64,000 nucleotides of DNA from Phoronis australis (Eukaryota; Animalia; Phoronida): contig NMRA01000367.1 in NCBI GenBank assembly GCA_002633005.1, positions 147,457-211,456 of the forward strand, written 5' to 3'. This document shows, piece after piece, positions 13,501 through 25,500 of the stretch. The notes under the pieces were generated by a model. It was not told the DNA's origin, searched no databases, and was given only the letters and a program-made list of their open reading frames with translations. The position numbers and the translations under genes are program-made. The stretch's first letter is position 1. Each line of letters begins with the position of its first letter.

Positions 13501-16500
13501 CGTAAATATGATGAATCTTAGCTTCCAATTTTACCCGTTCGGAGACCGGGTTTCAACCGCCTTGGGTTACAATAAGCACCTCCCTGAAATGAACTTTTCT
13601 AAGCGCCCTGGGTGGTTATTAGGGCAAATGCGGTACTCATTTCAACATGTCTTGCAATACTATAACATTTGTATTCAACGTACTGTCTATTGAGTCATTT
13701 CTCTATGTTGTTTTACAAATTCATAAATGAAGAACTTCTCATTTTGTGATTTGTCTGTCATTAAAATGTTGCAGACATGATAAACATGTTGAAGCTGAGT
13801 TATGTCCCTTCGTGCTGTTGCTGGATCTACTCACCAGGTGATGCTGTATGTGCTGTGGCAGTGTAAGTATACTGACTATTGGGCAACACGTAGCCCCTCT
13901 GTTGGCCATTTAGGGGCAACACGTAGCCCCTCAGTTGGCCATTTAGGGGCGACAATTCTTTCCATCACTTTCTGTACGCATTTCGTCCCATGTATTTTAA
14001 ATGGGCGGTTGGCCAAATCCAGCCACCGATTTTGAGTTTTCACCTCGTCAAAAATACATTCTACACTTAAAACTATCACTTAAAAAGTGCTTACATTCTT
14101 CAGTGATCCTTTCTACTTCTACACATATCTTCGATGAAGCATATCTACTAGAATTAAGGTGACTTTGGAGAAGAATTCCAACTTCACTTTTTTGGTCACG
14201 TTAACTTTTTCACCACGCACACGTTAACCACAAAGTATGTCAACTGAGTCACGTGAGTTAGGCAAAGTGCTAGCGCAAGACTGAGCGAAGCGTGTGACAC
14301 TAGTGCGTGACACTTGCAAAATAGCATGAGAAGGTATCAGGTTAAATTTGTAAGATTTGTGTCCCTTGGACTTTTTATTCGATTTGTTCAAATTATCTTG
14401 ACTGGATCGTTTTCATACTTATGGTATGAGTTGTTTGTAACTCCATGTGCATGCATGTTTCATTTGATTTTATTTCCTTATTTTGAAATGAGTAACTTTT
14501 TGTGGGGATGTACTATTGCCCCCGTTTGCCTGCGGCATCCAGGGCGATGTAATTGACTAACTGACTATATGCCACCTCTTCCTTTATAGAGTTGCTGTAT
14601 TGGCAAACAAAATCAAAACAGAGGTTTAACAACAGGTTAATTGTTGAAGGTGGTCTGTTGTTTTTCAGTCTTGCCAACTACTGTGGTGCCCCGTAGTGGC
14701 ATTTTTTTGACTGTACTCACTATATTTATCTGAGTATGAGTGACTGTACTCACTATACGTATCTGAGTATGAGTGACTACTCACTATATGTATCTGAGTA
14801 TGAGTGACTGTACTCACTATACGTATCTGAGTATGAGTGACTACTCACTATATGTATCTGAGTATGAGTGACTGTCCTCTCTATGTATCTGAGTATGAGT
14901 GACTGTACTCACTATACGTATCTGAGTATGAGTGACTACTCACTATATGTATCTGAGTATGAGTTACTGTACTCACTATATTTATCTGAGTATGAGTGAC
15001 TACTCACTATAGGTATCTGAGTATGAGTGACTGTACTCACTATACGTATCTGAGTATGAGTGACCACTCACTATATGTATCTGAGTGTGAGTGACTACTC
15101 ACTATATGTATCTGAGTGTGAGTCACTACTCACTATATGTATCTGAGTGTGAGTGATAGCACTCAGTAAATGTGTCAGTAGCTGTCGTGTGGTGAACTGA
15201 TTGTCAGTCAGTATTTTAGACCAGTTTTAATGCCCACCAATCTGAACTGTTGACATTTTGCCTTTCAGAGCAGAAAAAGAAAGCAGTAAAATCCATGTTT
15301 ATGATGGCAGAGGTAGTGACCTGCCTCTACATACTGTTGACAAGTTACATTACAAGCCAGTCACACTTATAAAGGTTAGTCATGTATATGCAGTACATTG
15401 CAAACTCCTTGATGTCTGTGATGGCTGGAGCAGACACATAACATTATAGTCTTCACTCTGTTCAGTGAATGACTGCAACATAGTCACTTTAACAGCAAGT
15501 AGAAACTGGTGATCAATTTTAAGTGATTGCTACACTCACATGCCTTACCTTGCTTGTGAATGTAACCTGCTGAGTAAGAGCAGAAATTAGGAAAAATTCA
15601 GGACACTAATCTGTGTGCAGTTCTGGACCAGTCGTCAAGATCAATAAACACAATGAGGTATATCTCTACACATGGTCCACTGAATTATAGTCATCAACGC
15701 ACAAAATGATTATATCTCTTTGAATCACTTTTGGGTACACCATTTTCTTGGTGTTAGGGAACTTTGTTTGACTTGAAGAACATTTGGTACTAGCAGTGTT
15801 CAAATTGAATGACTATCACTTAATCGCTTGGTCGCAGCAGAATCCCAAACGGTCACTCCGTTTTTGCAAATTTGCATATCTGAATTTGAATAATTTGTCA
15901 AGTCTAAATTACAATTCACGGCAATGATATTTGTTTATCACACAAAAACCGTTGTAAGTTGTGGCTTCCAACTTACCAAACAAACACTTACTTTGCACAC
16001 TTGGACTAGCTGGGGAAGTCTGCTTTCATCTCAAAATGCCTCACTGTACTTTCGAGTTTCAAACCGCTGTTTAGTGTAATTTTATTGGTGCAAAACAATA
16101 CGGCCAGGTTATTAATAAAGCCAGGCAATAAATAAGGCCAGGCAATAAATTTTCGTGTTTTGTGCCAAAGAGTGAACTAAGTGACACACAGTAATCACCC
16201 ATTCGCATCACAGACTAATTTGTTCACCTTTACTTGTGGTCTATTGTCAGGTGAAAGAGTTGATAAGTAGTTATCAAGTGGAAGTAGTCAATCTAAATTG
16301 ATGCAAAATACGGTCATCTTTGTTGACGTGCTCTTTTAACAGATACATCCCAGTATTCATTGAGTTTGTATGTGTTTAAACTGAGTGCTTTTTGTGTGTT
16401 TCATCCATTCCCAGTGCTTTTAGTGAATTATTGAATTTAGTATGTATCAGTACCTTCCATTTTGTAAAGGTTACGTCTAATTTGACACGCAAGGTGTTTG

Positions 16501-19500
16501 AAATTTTTACTACATGGTTTTAGTTTAGGATTTCACATGAATATAGCCATGGCTACATACAAATACAAATAACCTTAGTCTGAACACAAGCACATCTTCA
16601 CATATAGGGGCATGCACAATATTATGAGTTTAAGTATAGCTTATAGGCACAAGGGACTAAATAGGCACATACACAGTATGTTCATTTAGACGTAGAGATT
16701 TAATGCTTTATTGGCCTGAAAGTTTATTCACTTGGCAAGACTGAGTGCATTTGAGATATTATATGTTGTTCATTTTTGTGTTGCTATAGATGGATGTAAT
16801 CCTTGATGTGAAGACATTTCTATCTGTTCTTATGATTGTTCCTAGACAACAACTAATCACAGCGTGTTGTCACTCAAATGTTTAGTAACTTGCATGTGAC
16901 ACCATTATGTCCTTTCAGTTCTTGTAGCTGCAGTTCATTGTTAGTATACTTCCATCAACCAGTCCTGTTAATACTGTGTTGTTCATTCGCTGTTCAAGTT
17001 AAGACTAGCCAATTACTTTTCTTTGCTCCCCTGTTGTAGTACAATCCTGTCTATGAGGTGGTTATCTCCATGGACTCTGCTGGTATGATGGAGTACTGGA
17101 GTGGACCTAAGGCTGACTTCAAGTTCCCCAAAAACGTCCAATGGCAATATAAGACGGATACAGATTTATACGAGTTTATCAAGGTGAGCAATAATTGGAG
17201 TACTGTCGTTTAAGCAGGTAGTAACTTCACCTTTGTCTTCTGAAAGATCTTGTAGTGAGGTTTTCTACTTTCGATTTGAGAGAAGGGTATTCCCCCACTT
17301 GTTGTGAATTATCACTTCATTAGTTTCATCAAAAGCACTGAGGACCAGTTCACACTGCTCACCCTAGATATAGAAAATGGTTTTCAGCTGAAAATGAAGA
17401 CACTAGCCATCTTCGTGGACCTAACCAAAGCCTTCAACAAGGTGTGGAAGGAAGTCTTGCTCCTCCTAATACAAGTGTGTGGCAAAATGTATGCGTGGAT
17501 TAAGGTTATCTCCAACCTTATTTAGTGGCAGACATTCTAACTCATATTTCAAACCTTATTTAGTGGCAGACATTCTAACTCATATTTCAAACCTTATTTA
17601 GTGGCAGACATTCTAACTCATGTCAAAAAACTAAGCTTTGTCAACTAGTAAAAGTATATATTTTCTGAAAAAACAAAGACCAGGAAATATAAATACACTT
17701 TTTGTATTTAGGTGTCATTATTTTTACTTAAAAATTTCATTTTTAAGAAAGGTACATTCATAGCAAATTAACCTCTCAGTCGATTTTAATGAAACCTTTT
17801 CTAAATGAAAACTTCACCTGTTACCTCAAAAACGCTGTTAGGAATTTTCGATTAGTCTGTTCGTTTGGTTTATGTGACAAATCAACTCGCGAAACGTAAG
17901 GTATTTTTGTGAAAAATTGAAGTCTTATTGGTCTTTGTCACATTACGCAAAAACTAGGCCTTTATATCAAAAATCCTAACAATGTTTTTGAGATTGATGA
18001 CTAAATATTAATTTTGGAAAGTTTCAGCAAAATCCATCTAGCCGTTTTCAAGTACTAGTGTTCCTAAGTTCAAATAAAGTCGATTTACCGAAGCCGAGAA
18101 AAAGCCGATTAAACTGGGACAAGTGAAAATCTCGAAGTCTTCAGTTAATTATTTGGTGAAAACTTGTTACACATAACCTATACAATCCTTAACTATGTTA
18201 GCTATTTCAACGTTCACTCGCAATGTCAACTGATTTTGCAGTGCGCAACTAATTTAATTATCATTAAAACCTCAAATAGATGTATTGTTCCCAGCCAACT
18301 TTTACTGTTGGTTACGACCTGCTTTCTAAGTAGGTCACATTTCATAGCCCGTACACGTCACGTGCTGGGAGACTGATACGAAACCAAGTAAGAAATGGAT
18401 TACAAAAATCGAATCGGTGGTTAAAGTATGCCGTTAGTATGAGATTGAAACATCAAAATGTCAACTTATTAACTGAATTAAGGAATTAGGGTGAGGATTT
18501 ATCTCTTTTCGCAACTTTCATGACCACAGAGGCCTGAGGCGACTCGTAGCATTCGTTTTCAACGCCAACGGTTTTATGCATGTAGACGCACAACTCCCGT
18601 AGGATCAAAGCTACGTTTTGTCTTCGTTTTCCCCGGCACTATTCTATCATAAGTACACCTCGTTGGCTCAATGTTATGGCGACTTTGTGAATGAAAGGAC
18701 TGAGGGTATACGAAGCTGTTCTGTACCTGGCGGGAGATTCGATTTAATTGAAAACCCTTTAACCTTTGACCTTGGATAAGTAGTAAACAAATATCAACGC
18801 GGTTGTGCGGTTCTAAGGTTGTTCTGCTAAATCTTTTTTTTCTCGCTACGTGGTATATATTTTGTATTTGAAGTTCCCCGAGAATGAAGATAAGGTATTT
18901 TACTAGACATAAGTGAATTATTGTAAAAATGGCCAATTTTTTTGAATAAGGTTGGAGATAACCTTAACAGTTACCTCTTCCAAAGATCTGCAAGAGTAAA
19001 GCTGGAAGGACAGACAAGCATGTTGTTCAGTATTAAGGAAGGAGTACCCCAGGGCAGCATAATTGCACTGAGTCTCTCTTTGTTGCCTTCACTGATGACA
19101 TGGCTGACCACCTGTCCATGCCCATCTCAAGGACTCTCCATGCAGATAACCTGGCTGTATGGACAAAAGCAGAATACATCACCACAGTAGTGTGCAGAAT
19201 CCAGGAAACCATGGACATCATCCTAAACTGGGCAAGAGTGGATGGTCACAATCAACAGGACCAAAACAGAGGCCACATGCCTTTCCACCTCTCCCAAAAA
19301 AAGAGTTCTCGGTGAAGAAACCCCGACCTACCTCAAGGTTAAACTGGACTAGAGGCTTACTTGGTCCCCGCACATTGCTGTCATGTGTAGCAAAGCTAAT
19401 AAGAAAATTGCCGTGATGAAGAAACTGGCTGGTAACAGTTGGGGCTCTAACATGAAGATCTTTACCCAAGATTACACAGGATCTGTCAGACCTCAGATGG

Positions 19501-22500
19501 AGTACGCCTCTAACGCATGATCTACAGCTGCCAAAGCCAACACAGACAACTTAACCAGGGTCTAGAATACTGGTCTGTGCTTAATTTCAGGAGGCATGAA
19601 GACTACCCCCATCACGGAAATGGAGAAGACTGCAGGCTTAAAATCATTGGAAGAAAGACGGGATGAGAAACTCCTGAGACAGGGTGAAAAGATGAAGAAG
19701 CTTCCATCACATCCACTGCACTCCAACCTTCAAGTCTCGACCAAAAACCACCTCATCAAGGCACTTCAGCAGAAACATCAACATCTGCTACCCTCAATCA
19801 ACCAACCACAAGAATTGCTCTAAGGCTTTGAAGAATGGTTGCTGGATGTTCTTCCTTCCTATCATTCTCGACATCCCTGGGATTGGAGCAAAGCATACAC
19901 AACTGGAGGCTGTCGTGAAGGCCATCACTCTAGACATCCTGGACAGAGACAACCCGACCACCACCTGGACCCAAGTCTATACTGATGGCTCTGCTGAGAA
20001 TGCTGTCAGAAATTCGGGGGGTGGTGTATTCATCAAATACCCAGACGGCAACTCTCTGCACAAGTCCATTGCCACAGGCCTTTCAGATGGTCATATGATC
20101 ACACTCCATGACTGTAGATGGTAAAACGGCCACCCTCCATGACTGTAGATGGTAGTATGGTCACACTCTATGACTGTAGATGGTCACGTGGTCACAGTCC
20201 ACAGCTGTAGATGGTCATATGCTCACAATCCAAGACTGTTGCTGGTGAAATGGCCGCGCTCCATCACTGTAGATGGTCATATGGTCACGGCCCATTACTG
20301 TAGATGGTCATATGGTCACAGCCCATTACTGTAGATGGTTATATGGTCACAGTCCACTTCTGTAGATGATCATGTAATCACAGTCCATGACTGTAGATGG
20401 TAATGTGGTCACGGTTCACGACTGAAGAGGGTTGATTATTCTGTTTCCTTCTAGGTTAAAGCTGTTCCTACAAGTCTTGCTGTATCAAGGGATGGAAAGC
20501 TTCTTGCTACCATGGCAACAGATAGAAAGGTAACTGACTTCTTTTCCAGGTTAATTTATCATTATTTAGGACCCTAGAAAATGTCCAAACTTTCTCACTC
20601 AGTCTTTTTAGTGAAACATGAACTTTTGAACCATTGTGCAATTCTAGTATTAGTCATGGTTTATAGACTGTTTTCCAAAACTCTGTTTGAAATTGTTCTT
20701 AAAATGTTCTGTTTTTGTACAAGAGGCTTAAAAATAGAACTTACCAGTATATGATTTTTATGTGCTTACATAATGTGGGTGCATAATGTGGGTGCATATT
20801 GTCATCTTCTACGTCTAGTCGTCCGCTGCTGTATTTCCTAAACCTTGAATGATCTTCATGAGATTTGATGGATGTGTTTCTATGAAACTGACTACACAAG
20901 ACAAGTCTCGGACCAATCTAACTACCCCTTTGCCCCCTAGTGGTAATTTTAGTTTTTTACATTAAATTTTGTCTCTGTATCTTCAGAATTCCTTGATGGT
21001 TTTTCATGCAATTTGGCAAACAAATTTCTATTATGAATGCTACAGCACTTTTCCATTTTGCGATGGATTCGACATATTCCGCGCCACATAGTGTCCATTT
21101 TTATTATTTGTGAATCATTTTTGTCTTATGCCTCTGTATCTGCCAAATGGCCCAGAGGATCATTATGAAAATTTGCACTGTGACAATACATGTGTTCCTA
21201 CTGAGCTCAACTAACATGGATTTTCAGATGTACTGCAGTGCCTCTTGCTATCTGCATCTGTATCTTAACACCTTGCGTCTGTATCTAATGTCCGTTTTTA
21301 TGATACTATAAAACACCCTTTGAAGCATACCATTAGCGGAACATAGTTGTGGGTGCACTTCAACGATACACGTTGCTCTTGTTATAAACTTGTTTACAAT
21401 GAAAATGAAATGATAATTTAGAAAACTGTAGCTTGTTTTTTCACTGAGATAGTTGTAATTGACACCAACAGGATTTTTTCCCACAAAACTTGCTGATTTT
21501 GTTATTTTTTTATTCAATTCGCTATAAAAGCTTGTCTGGGATTGTCTTTTAGTCCTATTGATCTAAGAGCTCAGCTGTCAAAAATGCAGACATGTTTTAG
21601 GAATGTTTAAATCTTCATTTTAATGGCAGAGTTCTTGGGCTAACAGTCCTTAAAAGAACAGACCAAACAGGATTTTGTTGTGGATAGAATGAAAGAAAGA
21701 AGTTCCAAGTTTCATGAAAAAATATCTTTTTGTGGAGATTACAGTCCTTCATGAAAATTCAAGATTTTTAAAAAAAGGACAGTCACATGATTACAAACAT
21801 CTGGGCTTTATTTTTGGGCACATAAGGTTCTGTGATCATCAAGGAATTTGTTGAGTCTACAATTAAGGCTTATTTGAGAAATGTAATCCTTGATAATGAA
21901 GAGGGTCAGTGCCTTTTGCATTCTAGAACTGTAACACCTGTATTTAATTATAATGAATAGAACTGTAACACCTGTATTTAATTATAATGAATAGAACTGT
22001 AACACCTGTATTTAATTATAATGAATAGAACTGTAACACCTGTATTTAATTATAATGAATAGAACTGTAACACCTGTATTTAATTGTGTGCAATCTCTGT
22101 ATTTGTTGTCTTTGTTTCAGATTCGAGTGTTCAAGTTTTTAACAGGAAAGATATCCAAAGTTATAGATGAATCTCTGCAACAGTTCATAGAATTACAACA
22201 GGTTTGTGACTGATGTGGAACTATAATAGGCAAACACACTGATGTGGAACTGTAATAGGCGAATACGCTGAAGGCTGAACAAATGTTACACACTCATATT
22301 GGCACTCTGTATTATCACTGGTTCATTAACACCATGTTTAACTGTTCTTACCACAAATATTATCACTGTGGTTCACTCAACCACTGCACACTACTTACCA
22401 GTAACTATAGTAACACGTCCACTATACCAGTAACTATAGTAACACGTCCACTATACCAGTAACTATAGTAACACGTCCACTATACCAGTAACTATAGTAA

Positions 22501-25500
22501 CACATCCACTATACCAGTAACTATAGTAACATGTCCACTATACCAGTAACTATAGTAACACGTCCACTATACCAGTAACTATAGTAACACGTCCACTATA
22601 CCAGTAACTATAGTAACACGTCCACTATACCTCATTTCCTCAGGAGTTTTATTAGTAGTTTAGTTCACTACACGTTACTTAATAGGAACCCAACTGTTGT
22701 TGTGATTTCCTGTTTCAGGCCAAGCAACAGCTTGCTAATATGGAGTTTGGTCGGCGTGTTGCTGTAGAGAGAGACTTGGAGAAGTCTGATCACATGCATC
22801 TGGCTAATGTAGGTAGGTACTAGGAAGTGTGCTATGTAAACCTGAACATGTGGTTGGAGATGTCTGACTGTAGACTTCTGGTTTATCATATAAACCTGAA
22901 CATTTGGTTAGAGATGACACCATCAGGTATTGGGCAGTTTAAAATTGGTCACTTAAGTCATGTATACCTACGTGTGACCAGTTCTACCATCATATTAGTA
23001 CTGGAACTTACCAATATGTCAATATCCTTCAAGTTTCTAGGAGTCAGATGCATGTTGATAAAGCATTCTCCCTTCAAAGCCGTATCATGGTATTTATTAT
23101 GCACTCTGTCTTCAGTGATTCTGTCATATGAATGTTCCTGTTCACCTGTCATATGAATGTTCCTGTTCACCTGTCATATGAATGTTCCTGTTCACCTGTC
23201 ATATGAATGTTCCAGTGTTCACCTGTCATATGAATGTTCATGTTCACCTGTCATATGAATGTTCCTGTTCACCTGTCATTGAGCTTGTCAACACATAACT
23301 AGTCCACATTCAAATGATGATTTGTGTTCAGTTTTGAATTTTTCCTGCAATTTGTTTTATGAGTAATGTTTGCTTATCACGTGTGTACATACCTTTTGGC
23401 CCATTTGTATGAAGTTCAATTGTTGTGCCTGCAGCAATTAGTGACATTTTCTGAGATCCTTTTGATGTTACTAGATTAGTGTTCGTTTGGTTTTGGAATT
23501 TTATCTGTTTTTCCAACTCTTTATTTGTGTAATGTTATTTTGTATTCTGGATGAGTTTCAGTATTCGACACACCAGGTCAATTTCTTATTTCTCTTTTTC
23601 AGTATTTGACTCTTCAGGTCACTTTTTGATGTATCCAACAATGCTGGGAATCAAAGGTAATGATCATCTATGTACAGTGTGTGTCTGGCCTAAGACTTTG
23701 TACTTACAATACTGTCATTATGTTATTAAGACTAGGTGTAGTACTTCCCAATTTAAGTCGTCATTATGTTATTAAGACTAGATGTAGTACTTCCCAATGT
23801 AAGTCGTCATTATGTTATTAAGACTAGATGTAGTACTTCCCAATGTAAGTCGTCATTATGTTATTAAGGCTAGATGTAGTACTTCCCAATGTAAGTCGTC
23901 AGCTGCTCTCTGTCTCTAAACCCCCTTGATGCATGAATGAAATTTTGCAGATATCTTCTGTACATGGATAGGACAGCATGAGTGAACTTTTGGAAAGATT
24001 CGAACCCCCTAGGGGAAGTTTTAGTTTTTTACGTTTGCTGCTGTTTCTTCAGAATTCCATTTGGGAGATTTTCATGTTTGTATAATGCAGATAACATGAT
24101 CTTTCTGTTTTGAGCTAGTTTCAGTGTGTTTTGCGCAACCAAGTGGCCATTTTCAGTTTTTCAATTGTTTTTGGCGTCTGCTCCTCTGTCGGCCAAACCA
24201 TTTTAAAGATGATTATGAAAATTAGCATACATGTATGTATTCCTCCTGGGAAAAGGACGTCTGATGATTTATGGATGGCTCTGACTGCTGTGGTGCCTCG
24301 TATTGACTGTTTTGTTTTGTTTGTTTTTTTTTGCATCCATGTCTACTCCTAAACCCTTTGAAAATCTTCGTTAATTTTTGGCGACTATATTGATATGAAG
24401 ACGGATCCAACTACTCTTGTGCCCCCTAGTGGCGATTTTATTTTTTCCGTTTCCCTAGGCTTCTATCAAAGAGGCTATGGTATCTTCCCCTTTTCAGATC
24501 TCTATTGGCTAAACCACTCTTAGAATCATTATGAAAATTGGTAAATGTTTTTTTACTTACTGGGAAGAGCATGGTTGACAATGATTTTGGACATCTTTAA
24601 CAACTTTGACCCTTTGATGCAGTTTTGCTTTTTGCATCCACATCTGATTCTCCTAAAGCCCTGCAGGATCTTGGTGAAATTTGGCAAGTGTATTTCTATG
24701 AAGTGACAGCAGATAACAATGACTTTTAGGTGTTCCTGATTAGCACTGTGCCCCTTAGTGGCAGTTTAGGTTACTTACTATCTTAGCAGTTGTGTTCCTA
24801 TTAAGAACAGCATTGCTGACGTGCTGTGCACCACCTACAGGTTGTTTTATGTCTACTAGCATTGGTCCTTTTTGTATTAATGTTTAAAGTAGTAATCATT
24901 CCATGGATCTGCACCATATGGCATGCTCTTGTACTAGATGTTGTGAAAATGGGATAAACGAGTGCGAGATCTTACTAATTACATATATTTATTGGGTGAT
25001 CTTGAAGTATGTAAAATTTGGATGTCTTGAATTGTGAACTCTCGCATTGATATTGTAATCCTACTGGTTTCAGTTGTTAACCTGCATACAAACAACTGTG
25101 TGAGAATCTTGGGTCGGTCAGAAAACGCTCGCTTTCTGTGTCTTGGCTTGTTCCAAGGTTCAGCCAAGTCGACTATAGCAGCCCCTACTGTAGAGATGAC
25201 TGCATCGGATAACCCTTCCCTTCAAGCTGGCTTACCTGATCCTACACTCTTCTGTACTGCATATAAAAAGAACAGGTTTTACCTGTTCACCCGAAGAGCA
25301 CCCGATGACACAGACAGGTACAGGTTTCACCTTATGATGATCAATTTTGCTTGCAGCATTTGTTTGGCTTAGAATGACGCATCAAGACTCGTCATATATG
25401 GCTGTAATGATTGATCAAGTCCACTTGCGTTCAGCCATCATGACAAAGAATAACAGTTCTTTGTGCTTAGCTGTTGTAATGGAGAGTAATGATTTGGCTT

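Noticed and set aside
20830-24770. Two patches (20830-21240, 23925-24770) of degenerate catgaaatttgg / ccccctag motifs
   Set aside because: Look like old copies of a dispersed repeat with internal tandem units, but boundaries and class could not be supported by eye.
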